NCBI GenBank assembly: GCA_024679065.1
Contig: JAGIQG010000003.1
Span: forward strand, 88,784,001 to 88,848,000
Length of the DNA: 64,000 bases
Direction: 5' to 3'
DNA from: Sphyrna mokarran
Taxonomy: Eukaryota
In this document: positions 12,555-24,057 of the stretch, piece by piece
How positions within the stretch are numbered: the stretch's first letter is position 1
How the letters are laid out: the number at the start of each line of letters is the position of its first letter
Program-made: the position numbers and the translations under genes
The notes under the pieces: model-generated
Told to the model about the DNA's origin: nothing
The model's input: the letters and a program-made list of their open reading frames with translations, nothing else
Databases searched by the model: none

Positions 12555-12759
12555 TGATGTGGAGATGTCGGCATTGGACTGGCTAAACACAGTAAGTCTC
12601 AACACCAGGTTAAAGTCCAAAAGATTTACTTGGTAACAAAATCCACTAGTTTTCGAGCACTGCTCTTTCTGAAGGAGCAGCACTCTGAAAGCTAGCAGAT
12701 GTTGCTACCAAATAAACCTGTTGACTTTAACCTGGTGTTGTGAGACTTCTTACCGTGTT
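12555..12759. repeat. Inverted (fold-back) repeat, probably Penelope-like retroelement pseudo-LTR derived
   Basis: Arms AACACAGTAAG-TCTCAACACCAGGTTAAAGTC...GCACTGCTCTTTC (12586-12669) and GAAGGAGCAGCAC...GACTTTAACCTGGTGTTGTGAGACTTCTTACCGTGTT (12671-12759) are imperfect reverse complements. Confidence 0.8.
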
Positions 12760-13602
12760 GTCTTCAACCAGCCTAGGACCCAATTCACCTCTCATTTTTT
12801 TTTAAAAAGATGCTCATTAAAATCTACATATTTATACCTGTTCTATTCGGTGTCAATGTTTTTGACTGGTCACGCTCCTATCAAAGGCTTTTGGACATCA
12901 GAGGTACTACATCAATGCAAGTTGTTATTGGTGGGCCTATTTTCAAAAATGTTGGTGTTGTAAGTTTTCTTCACAAAGTTGCTAATTAAATTTATTGATT
13001 TCAACTGAAATGAACGTTGGGTGGGAAGGCATGACTGACTTATAGACCTCCTGAGTAAAATTTGGGTTCTGCTTGACTCCTACTGTCAGCTTGACATTTC
13101 TGCACAGGGGCAGCAATAGTCAACCCAGCTTTATCAAAGTTCCTTGTAGTGTAATTTCATCAGCTGACAGATGTCACTTAATCAGCTATTGGTTATGAGA
13201 ATTCAAAGCGCAACTGTCAGGGCAATTAAAATTAGACAGCACTGCAGTTAACATCCTTGGCAGTTTCAGTGTTGCTTCTTGATGTAGCCTTGGTAAAAAC
13301 AAACCTTTTCCAATGCCTGCAATCCTTCCGGAATAGAGGATGTGCCTGAAGCATTTTCATTCAGAACTTGGAAAGCCCTATGTCATTGCGTGGGTGATGT
13401 GGGGGAAGTTACCACCCAGTTTGTTATCAGCCTGGAACAGCTCATTTCCATAGCAACAGTCACCGTACACAGAAGCAACACTGTATGAAATCAGCATGAA
13501 AGATCTATCGCAATGAAACCCCTTTCCCCTGTAACACCCCCCTCCCACAACATGCCCATTCACGTGTCACTCTGCATTAACAAGGACTTCCAATTGCCTT
13601 AT

Positions 13603-13886
13603 TTAGTTTAAGTTTATTTATTGATGTTGCAAGTAGGCTTACATTAACACTGCAATGAAGTTACCGTGAAAATCCCTTGGTTGCCACACTGTTTGTATAC
13701 ACTGAAGGAGAGTTTAGCATGGCCCAAGCACCTAACCAGCATGTCTTTTGGACTGAGGCAGGAAACCAGAGCAGCCAGAGGAAATCTATGCAAATACTTG
13801 GAGAATATGCAGAATCCATACAGTCATCTGAGGCCAGAATTGAATGGTTCCCTAAGCACTGTGCTTATCACTGTGCCACCATGCTG
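13603..13886 (-). mobile_element. V-SINE (type B tail)
   Basis: aagtttatttatt...aagtaggcttacattaacactgcaatgaagttacc tail; V-domain; head ...cactgtgccaccatgctg. Confidence 0.8.
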
Positions 13887-15569
13887 AGGGTTGTAGTTGG
13901 AAGTAGAAAACTCTGCTTGCAAACTTCAAATGTTCAGAACCTTGCTTATGTATGTCTCAAGGCTGGGAACATTCAACGTAGAATTGGAAACTTACTTGAA
14001 AAGGAAGAAATTGCAAGGAATAGAATGGTGGAGGAAAGGGGAATTCATTGGATAGTTCAAAGGCCAAGCACAGGCAAAATGAGCTGAAAGACCTTTTTCA
14101 ATTCTTGATGCTAAATAGCTAATTAAAAAAAGGGCACTTGCGGAAGGAGGTTGTTGAACAATGCAGAAGCAGCTTTTAAAATTTGACTGCTGCAGATTAG
14201 CTGCATCCAGTTTAGGAAACAGCACAAATGCAGTAAAATCAGTGTTTTTTAAAAAAATACTGCTGTCAAAACTACTGCACTGCGATTAACTGTTCCCCTC
14301 TTCACCTGATAATTTATAGTGGCTGTGAGCTTGTTGGATTGCAAGATCCACCTTTCTTCGTCAATGGTTTACGTGCAGAGTTGCTGCTGGATCTCCAGAG
14401 AGCTGCTTTGCCTCTCTTAAACAGGAGACCCAGGTGAAGTGAGGAGAGAGTCTGGATGCAGACTTGAGTAATGTCTACATTCCAAGAAATAGAGACAACA
14501 GCACTGATGAACCTTGCAAGATTTACATCAGTTTGCATCAAATTAAAAAGCTTTTTATCTTTTTTGCACAGGACAGGCTGGCTTTGACAGAAAGCAAAGG
14601 CGGCACCAAAGTGTAAAGTTTTAATGAGGCCAATTTATATCCTACAGCTCCCCTCTAGTCTCCACTGCAGTAGAAAAGCAGTGCAGCCTGCCAATGGAAA
14701 ATCCTAGAATGCTGCCGTATAGAGTTCAAGGCAGCTCACACCAGCCTCTCCCTTTCACTTTGCTGATAAAAGTTTCAGCTCACATGCCCTGCAGTTGAGC
14801 ACCTCTATTATTCATGTCCTCTGTACATCTGGCACGTTAACCTTAAATGAGTGATGACCGAGTAGTGTGGGCTCCACTCCAGCCAGCCCAGCTGCTCAAA
14901 GGTTGTTTACCGAAAATGTTTGCTTTTTTGGGTGTTGGCGGGGGTGACTGACTGGGAATGTCGCACCACACAGGGAAATTAAGCTGCTGAAATGAAACAG
15001 CCCCTTCCCTCACAGGAAATTGCAGTGCTGATAAGGTGAAAATGTTAAATGGTACACGTTGTTTTGTTCTGGCACTGCTCCGAAGAGGAAAGAAAAATGA
15101 CTTTGTGGGTTTCTTGTTGCCTATTTGCCACTTCTCAAAATGTGTGTGTTTGTCAGGGGGGGGTGCTGTTAACCACCTCAAGAGGAATCAATGTTGAAAA
15201 GTCACTGAGCCCAAAAGGGTAACGAAGCCAGAATACCTCTCTGTTGAAATGGCAGAGCTGCTGAAGCAGCCGGGATTAGTGACTGATTGACTGCATTGGC
15301 TGATAATTCAGTTCCCTAGGCAATTCTTTCAAGTCAACATTCTGGCTGATGTAACAGGGAGCAAAACACACAATCTTCAAAAAAAGTTGATGACAGACAA
15401 ATAAGCAAGCACAAAAAGGATGTTTGTATCCTGAACACTGGCCTTGAAACTCCCTTTCCGAATGGTGTCCAGGGACCTTTCGAGTTCTTTCTCTTTTCAA
15501 GAGGACGCTGTCCAGGCAACCAATTTTGCTTCAATTCCAAGCCCAACAAATCTGGTGTGCAGCTCTTCA

Positions 15570-15910
15570 AGGGATGTGGGCATCACTGGCCAGGCCATTT
15601 ATTGCCCATGAGAAAGTAATGGTGACAGTCTTCTTGAACTGCTACAGTCGTGTGGTGTAAGCATACTAACAGTGCTATTATGAAGGGAGTTCTAGAATTT
15701 TGACCCAGCAACAATGAAGGAATGGTGATATATTCCCAAGTCAGGATGGTGAGTGACTTGGAGGAGAACTTCCAGGTGGTAGTGTTCACGTGTATCTTCT
15801 GCCCTTGATTTCTAGGTGGAGGTCATGGATTTGGAAGGTGCTGTCTAAACAGACTTGGTAAGTTCCTGCAATGCCTTGTAGATAGTACACACGGCTGCCA
15901 GTGTGTGTGT
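15570..15910 (-). mobile_element. LINE 3' fragment sharing its tail with the tRNA-SINEs at 25985/40160/43350/54725
   Basis: gggatgtgggcatcactggccagg..catttattgcccat terminus followed by a non-SINE body. Related pieces at 19005-19230 and 22110-22600, the latter with an RT-like GVPQ motif. Confidence 0.6.
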
Positions 15911-16030
15911 CTCAATAATGGATGGAGTGTACCCACCCAGGATTGTCAATCCCATTCTAGTGACTACATCTTCAGTTTCCTGTCCTAAGTCAGCTTGCGA
16001 TTTACACAGGGACAGGTTCAGGCATTTAAT

Positions 16031-16318
16031 GGGGCGGCACAGTGGCTAACACTGCTGCCTCATAGTGCCAAGGCCTGGGTTTGATTCCCGGCTTCGATCA
16101 CTGCATGGAGTCTGCATGTTCCCCCCATCTCTGCATGCTTCCTCTGGGTTCTCCGGTTTTCTCCCACAGTCCAAAAGACATGCTGGTTAAATGCATTTAC
16201 CATGCTAAGTTCTCTCTGTGTGCCTGAACAGGTTCCAGAATGCAGTGACTGGGGAATTTTCACAGTAACTTCATTGGAGTGTTAATGTAAACCTTCTTAT
16301 GACACTAATAAATAAATT
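16031..16318 (+). mobile_element. V-SINE (type B tail), full length
   Basis: GGGGCGGCACAGTGGCTAACACTGCTGCCTCA head, V-domain, tail CACAGTAACTTCATTGGAGTGTTAATGTAA...GACACTAATAAATAAA. Confidence 0.85.
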
Positions 16319-19300
16319 GAGTAGTTTAATATTGCTATCTCAGCAATCGTTATTGGAGAAGGCTGCTCTCTCATGGGCAATTTTGCCCACTGATCTGTGC
16401 AAAGAAAATTAATCTTGTATCGTCTGTTTGAGATCCTGTGCAAGGAAACCTATTTGCATTTCCTTCAAATAACCCATTGACATTACTGAGCTTCTTTTCA
16501 AAGCAACCCATTTGACACTGCACTTGTGTTTTCAGTCTGTGCCATCCATACCATGAATGGATAGAAAATGCCACCAAGATGCATGTATTATGGTGTGAAA
16601 TGTCTAACTGCTGCTAAGTCACATTCATAGACTTACCAATGTGGCCACAAGTCTTTACTGATACCAGGGAACAGAGGAAGTCATGGTGCAAGCACATAGA
16701 AAGCCAGCAGAGAAGAAGAGCAAGACCGTCAGGTGGGGACATTTCCTGCCTTCAGATTGAACATTCAAACTCCTTTAAAGGCTACCCCTTCACCGGTCCC
16801 ACCAACTCTGTGGAGTGTTCAGGAATTGAAGATTCATTTTCTAGATACTGCTGCTAGCGACCAGGGTGAAAAAATATCACAAGTGTGTTTAAACAAAAGT
16901 GTTTATTTTCCCAACTGCTTGGAGGCTGGGGTGAAGAATGCCATTTCAAGAAACTTGAAATGCTCATCAGCCAGGTAATGAAGAGTCTCTTTGCTTTAAG
17001 ATGGGGCTTGGGAAGGTAGGAATGCCCCAAATTGGATGTATCAACTGAACAATGATGGGAGTAGGCCAATTTGAAGTTATGTGATCAAATTACCAAATTT
17101 GTGCCCAACAAGAGCTGGCAATCGTACCTCCATTGACCAGACTTCAGTTACCTGCCCTACCTCAACTTGCATTACCATTCCCCCCAAACCCTCATCCTTC
17201 CTGAAAATACTGCAATGCTCTTTGAAGGTGCCATGTTAGCACAAGATGTTATTATGGCCTGTTGCCTTGTTTACCCAACAATAACTAGGGTGGCTTCACT
17301 GTAATAAATGGAACTTTAAACAGAGACAGCAACACAGAATCTGCTGTTTGAGGCACTGCAGATGGGCTATGACTCATGAGTGAGCATTTATTATACAATG
17401 GTACATCTGAAAGGTATCGGGGGAGGAGGCGAGGAGGCAATTTTGGAATGAAATGCTGCAATTGTCACTTAATATTAAACATCACATTTTGGCAGCCTCA
17501 AAATGATAACTATCTTGGTTGATTCAGGTTATCAGAATACCTGGCAGGTAATTATCAAGGCACTAGTACAAAGTCAACATTTAACCCCAATACATAAAGA
17601 CTTTGAATACAATTTATTCCACAGCTCATTTCTCCTAGCCAGACCATCAAATCACTAACATTTGCAAATGAATTCATTTTTTTTTCCTCTCTTTTCCAAT
17701 GACAAGCTAACTCCTTTCGCTTTGAAAGGTGAAAAAAAACGTAAGAGCTCATTAAAAACCTCCCACTTTCAAAAAGCTCTTGTGTGCTGCGCAGCGAGTG
17801 AGAAAACAGGATATAAATAGAAGTTATATAACATCTCTTTGTTGATTTCAGTGCTGGAGAGAAATGCGAATGACCTTGTTTTGAGACTCAGCTGCCTGTG
17901 TCTAACTGTTGATAGGTTTATTTCCCATATTTGGAGATCATCTGACCAGAGCCCTCCTGTTAAGCATGTGAAAGTCTAAAGGGCTTCAGGTTTCCACGGT
18001 TTTCAGGATTTAATGACGATCAACTCACGCCAAGGCTGCTGCAATGGAGAAGGGTCATGGGGATAAAATTCATTTGGACCAGCAACCAGCCAAGCCACAG
18101 CAGCCAATCCCAAGTGGTCTCTCCTTCATTTGAGACTGTTCCCAGAGCTAACAGTTCACCTTCATCCAGACACTGGGTTGGCAGCGTGCATATCTCATTC
18201 ACTTTACTCTGCAGCTCAAAGGCCTTGTGTTAAAACAGAACCTATCACATCAGACTGGTTCGGAAACTTGCTCAAGAGTTACCAGCACCCTGAGCTCATG
18301 CCATTACTTGTTGCTTTATACCGTGGTCTTGAAACAACAGCCAACCCCCTACTGTCCGCAAGTAAAAAAGGGAAAAATGTGAAGCAAGTCCTCGCTTGTT
18401 ATGGCTGCTCTTCTAATCAAACCTTCCCAATAAAAGAATAAGCATGCCACTGCTCAGAATCCCAGTGATCCAGCCAGATTTCGTGCACCGAAGCAGATAG
18501 CACACTCAGCCAACACTATCAGTCAGTAATATACCACAAGGTACCTACGCAATTTCTACTGTGCAAATATTGCACGCAGAAACCAGAATAAACTAATAAA
18601 CATGGACATTCTTAACCAAGGTCAGAAACGTTACTTTAATGCATCACTGTCTGGTTCCAATGCTCAGTTTTATGGGGATACATTCCATTCTTGAGGCTGC
18701 AGGGCATCAAAACTTATTTTAGAATTACACCAAAAAAAGGATCTAGAGATTAAAATGTCGCCAAGAGATTTATGGCCAGGTTCCTGGGAATTCAACTGCA
18801 GCTTTAATGCTATCTGCATACGCAAATTGAAATAAAATCAAAGCACATCTTGCAGAAAACCAAGTTCAAGTATGTTGATGTCACAACTTGAACAGGTTAG
18901 CTTATACGTCATAGCTGTTTTATGGAAGGAGCTGGAATGCTTGCTGATGATCTATGACACATTTTTATAACATTAAGGGCCATTTCACAAGAGTTGGTTA
19001 AAAATCTCTTCAGCTTTGAAAGCTTTGTTGGAGCTGCACCCATCGAGGCAAGTGTGGAGTATTCCACATTCCTGACTTGTGCCTTGTAGATGGTGGATAG
19101 GCCTTGGGGAGTCAGGTAGTGAGTTATTCATTGCAATATTCCTAGCATCTGACCTGCTCTTGCAGCCACTGTGTCTATGTAATGAGCCCAATTGAGCTTC
19201 TGGTCAATGGTAGCCCCAAGGATGTTGATTAGCAGACAAAACTATACGCAGTGAATGGATGAGGAAGTAATAGTACAAAAGTATCAAAGGAAGAACAAAG

Positions 19301-19357
19301 AGTGTATATAAACATAAAAATAGATATTATCTTTAGCTATGAACACAAAATAAGGGG

Positions 19358-21397
19358 ACTTGATTTTTCATTATCACATGTATTAGTATACAGTGAAAAG
19401 TATTGTTTCTTGCATGCTCTTGAAAAAAGCATACTATACATAGAGAAGGAAAGGAGAAGATGCAGAATGTAGTGTTACACAGTCATAGGTAGAGTGTAAA
19501 AAGTTCAACTTAATGTGAGGTAAGTCCATTCAGGAATCTGACAGCAGCAGAGGAGGAGCTGTTTTGGAGTCGGTTGGTATGTGATCTCAGACTTTTGTAT
19601 CTTCCTGATTGAAGAATGTGGAAGAGTGTACTATCCAGAGTGTGCAGAGCCCTTGATTATGCTGGCTGCTTTTCAAAGGCATGGGAGGTATAGACAGTGT
19701 CAATGGTTGTGAGGCTGGTTTGAGTGATGGATTGAGTTTTGTTCACAATTCTTTGTGGTTTATTGCATTCTTCAACAGAGCAGGAACCATACCAAGCTGT
19801 GATACAACTAGAAAGAATGCTTTCTATGGTGCATCTGTAAAAGTTGGAGAGAGTCATAGCTACATGCCAAATTTCCTTAGTCTTCTGAGAAAGTAGAGCA
19901 TTGGTTGGCTTTCTTAACTTAGTGTCAGCATGGGGGACCAGGACAGGTTGTTGGTGATCTGGACACCTAAAAACTTGAAGCTTCCAACTATTTCTACTTT
20001 GTCCGCATTGATGTAGACAGGGGCATATTCTCCTTTATGCTTCCTGAAGTTGATGACTATCTCCTTCGTTTTATTGAGGGACAGATTATTGTTGTTGTAC
20101 CATTTTACCTGATTCTCTCTCTCTTTTCTGTAGTGTCTTGTCATTATTTGAGATCCGACCACTATGGTAGTGTCATCAGCAAACTTGAAAATTGAGTTGG
20201 AAGGAATTTGGCCACATAGTCAAAAGTGTTTAAGGATTAAATAGAGGGCACCAGTATTGTGGATAATCCCAGAGGAGATGTTGTTGCCTAACCTTACTGA
20301 TTTTGGTCTGTAGGTTAGGAGGTCTAGGGTCCAATCACAGAGGGAGGAGCCAAGCTCCTCACCACGAAGTTTAGAGATGAGTCTTGTAGAAATAATGTTG
20401 TTAAAGACTGAGCTGTGTTGTACGAATAGAAGCTTGACATATATGTCTTTGTTCCATGGTTGAACAAAGGACTAGGGAGATGGCAGCTGCTGCGGACCTA
20501 TTGTGGTGATAGGCGAACTGTGGTGGATCAAGGCAGTCTGGGAAGCAGGAATTGATTTATGCCATGACTAACTTAAGAAGCATTTCATAACGATGGATGT
20601 CAGAGCTACCAGACGATAGTCATTATGGCACACTGCCTGGCCTTTGATACCAGGACAATAGTTGTCTTCTTGAAGCATGTAGGGATCTCAGATTGGTCTA
20701 AAGAGAGGTTGAAAATGTCTGTGAATACCCCCGCCAGCTGCTCCGTGCAGGATCCGATGTGAATTCAGGTATCCCATTTGGGCAGTTTTGAGAAGGCTGC
20801 TCTGACATTGAATACACGTTCGTCCAAGGGTTCCAGGCTGGAGACCATGCAACCTCTTGCTCAAAACAGGCATAGGGTGATGCACTGGAGTCAGCGATTT
20901 TACCTGCCTTCATCACGTAGCCTGTTATGTCTCGCACACCTTGCCATTGTTGATGGGATTCCGTATGGCTAGCCTAGGATTCTAGTTTGGTTCAGTATTG
21001 TCTTTTGCACGTTTGATGGATCTCCATAGATCGTATCTGGATTTCTTGTATAGGTCTGGATCGCCTGATTTGAATGCCTCAGACCTGGACTTCAACAAGC
21101 AGTGGGTACCCCTGTTCATCCACTGTTTTCAGTTGAGGAACATGCAGATTTGCTTCTTTGGCACACAGTCTGCTACAACTTCCTAACGAAATCAGTTACT
21201 GTAATGGCATACTCATTCAGATTGGTCACAAATTTTTAAATACAGTCCAATCTACTGACTCTAAGAAGTCCTGTAACAAGATTATCTGGTTCCTCAGACC
21301 AACATGGCATGACTTTCTTCGATGGATTTTCCCGTTTCAGCTTTTACTTATAAGCCAGGAGCAGGAGCACAGCCTTGTTGTCTGATTTACCAAAGGT
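19358..21397 (-). mobile_element. Rex1/Babar-like LINE, about 2 kb, 5'-truncated, frameshifted
   Basis: ORF relics FGKSD.KAVLLL.AYK, NNLSLNKTKEIVINFRK...FKFLGVQITNNLSW and NFYRCTIESILSSCITAWYG are characteristic of Rex1 EN-RT. 3' tail at about 19360. Confidence 0.9.
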
Positions 21398-21959
21398 AAA
21401 GAAATCACACAGAGAATGAAGTGTGAAGCAAGCATTCCATACAGTTGCAATTCCCTGCATTAGGCAAAGAGCTTTTGGGAAGCATTGAGCTGTAAAAAGT
21501 GATTCCCTTGGGCAACAGACGCTGACAGGACGTGCCAACTCAGTACAGGAACAGTTTTTCAATTCTAAGTCAGGTGCTGTAATAGCTCATATTTTGACCA
21601 CACTAAAAACGATTTTGCAGTGGGCAGCATATCATTTTGAAAAATTGTCCAACTTACTGCTGTATTTGAGTATATATTGCCACCTTAGGCTTGCAAATCA
21701 CAAAAGCCTGAACATAGGTATGACATTACATACCATTAACATGATTACATACTTGTCTAAGGGAAGAAAAAAAGAGCGAAACTTGCTTGGAAAGTGTTTG
21801 CTACTTTGTACCAGTATAATAATGCAGCATTGACATTGTACTCCGAGTGAACAGAAAAACAGCAAGAAATAAAGAATATGCTACAAGTAGGGACAAGTGG
21901 GAATCAATCAAATGGCATTCCTAGCTCTTGTACAGCACTGTGACGTAACTTTTTTAAAA

Positions 21960-22092
21960 AGCTCCGACAAAGAGGCATACAGATTCAGAACTTAACTGTG
22001 TTTTTCCCTCCATCCATGCCGCCAGGCCTGCTTAGTCTTTCCCGCATTTGGTCTTTATTTCAGATTTCCAGCAGCCACAGTATTTGGTGTTT
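21960..22092 (+). mobile_element. Penelope-like repeat fragment
   Basis: ...GCCAGGCCTGCTTAGTCTTTCCCGCATT...TTTATTTCAGATTTCCAGCAGCCACAGTATTT; related relics at about 4880-4925 and in reverse at about 49260-49300. Confidence 0.5.
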
Positions 22093-22611
22093 ACATGAAA
22101 AAAAGTTCTCAGGAATGGGCATCACTGGAAGGGCCAGCATTTATTGTCCATCCCTGGTTGTTATTGGAAAACACACAAACTGTTGTAGTCCATGTGAAGG
22201 TGTATACTAGGTGCTGTTAAGTTCCAGCACTTTGACAGCTATATATTATCATTCCCTCATTATCACTAAGTCAATGGGAATCACAAGGAAAACTATCCAG
22301 CGGCTGGACTCGTACCTAACACAAAGGATGATGATTGGGGCTGTTAGAGGCCAATCTTCACAACTCCGGATCATTACAACAGGAGTTCCTCAGAATTGCA
22401 TCCAGACATCTCTAGCTATAACCTTAGGTCCAAAATCAAGTCATAAACTGGTGTTTGATGAAGACAACAGTTCAATTCCATTCACAATTGCTCAGCTGTT
22501 CCCATGCAAGACCTGATGAAATTCAGACTTACGTTGATAAGTGGCAAATATAATTTGGGATTCAAAAAGGTACCCAACAGTAGCATTCTCCAAAGAAAGA
22601 TAGCAATGACC

Positions 22612-22840
22612 TCTTCTGGGTGCTCTGGTTTCCTCCCACAGTTCAAAGTTCAGCGGGTTAGGTGACTTAGCCATGCTAAATTGCTTAGTGAACAAAGATG
22701 TACAGGTTAAATGGATTAGCTGTGCTAAATGTGGGGGGTTACAGGAAAAGGATGGGGAAGATGGCCTGGGAAAGCTGATACAGATTCAATGGGTCAAATG
22801 ACCTCTGCTGCACTGTATGGATTTTATTCAATGATTCTAT
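22612..22840 (+). mobile_element. 5'-truncated V-SINE (type A tail)
   Basis: TCTGGGTGCTCTGGTTTCCTCCCACAG...GCCATGCTAAATTG...ATGGGTCAAATGACCTC..GCACTGTATGGATT. Confidence 0.75.
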
Positions 22841-23080
22841 GAAGTAATCATCCATTTTTCTCTTCTTCCAACCAAAGTGGACAGCCTCACATTTTCCCAA
22901 ATTATATTCCATCTACAATTTTTTTGTCCATTCAACTTAATAAATCTCAGATCCCCTTGCAGACACTTTGTATCCTCCTCACAACTTGCTTTCCCATCCA
23001 TCTTTACACCAGTAGCAAATTTGGTTACGATACAATTGGTTCCTTCATTCAACTCATTAATATAAATTGTTGATAGAGAT
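22841..23080 (-). mobile_element. CR1 LINE RT fragment
   Basis: ORF 22837..23124 TIYINELNEGTNCIVTKFA....GKASCEED...LQGDL is the CR1 RT region around the degenerate FADD motif. Confidence 0.8.
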
Positions 23081-23409
23081 TCTCTGTGAACTAGACAGCA
23101 ATCCCCTGGAATTTTCTCCAGCAACTCATTTTCAAGATTTAGCTTTTGTCAATATCTTCAATGCAATAAATATTTATTGTAGCAGTAATTAATTTTCACA
23201 GCATTACACGAGGATGAGAAGTATAGGAATCAAGCTCCCCCATCCTCAAAAACACTACCCCCCCCCACCCCAAACACCATATTTAGACATCCAAAATACA
23301 CATATCAGCTAATTCAAGATATTAATGTTTAAATTGGGGAATACAATTACTCACCTAAAATCAAAACAGTCAAAATACAAACATACAATTAGGAAATGAT
23401 CTGCCTGCC

Positions 23410-23790
23410 CAGTCTACAGTTTGCATTTAGCTTTAACATGACACAACATCTGAGGGCTCTCTGCAGAAGCATCATCAAACAAATGGAAGAACCAGCCACA
23501 TAAAGAGATATTAAAACTGGAAGCTTGGTCATAGAGATAGGCGTTAAATAGCGTGCATAAGGGAGATAGGTAGAAGCATGGAGAGGAAATTACAGAATTT
23601 GGCACCTCGGTGACTGAAGGCATGGCCAAAGAGGTGAAGGAAATCAGGGATCACCAAGAGGTCAGAATGGGCGAATCACAATAGATTGTAAGGAAGTGGG
23701 GTAACAGAAATTAGGAGGGTTGACTTCATGGAGGAATTTGAACGCAAGGATGAAAATTCTATCATCAAAACATTGCTGATCCAGCACACA
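23410..23790 (-). mobile_element. L2-like LINE 3' end
   Basis: Same motif set as 4245-4520 and 36380-37280. Confidence 0.55.
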
Positions 23791-23866
23791 GTATAATTCA
23801 TAATTCACTTAATCAAAAGGCTATAGCAGTCAAGTTTAGGGTAAGTCTATTCACTATTTTACTCAC

Positions 23867-24057
23867 TTGAATTGTAGTGTTGCCTCCTTCCAGCAGAGCT
23901 ATTGCAAGTAGGATACTTTCATGGAAGACCCGGTCACTGGTTGCATTCATTATGAGGTCTATGACTAGGTCAGATGCCCCTTCTTTGTCCAAGTGACATT
24001 GTACCTCTGCTAGGCTCATCTCACCCCGGCTCAACGTGCCTGGCCCGGGACTACTTC
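23867..24057 (-). CDS. ITPR1: ITPR1 internal coding exon (191 nt, phase 1 to 0): (G)[63 protein letters not shown]
   Basis: Inside ORF 23813..24121(-); near-identical to IP3R1. Acceptor tttcAG at 24058-24059, donor CAA|GTGAGT at 23865-23866. In frame with both neighbouring exons. Confidence 0.97.

Noticed and set aside
16031-16100. tRNA gene-like A/B boxes (also near 5, 53517, 60963 and 54950)
   Set aside because: These are SINE heads continuing into SINE bodies; no intact cloverleaf.
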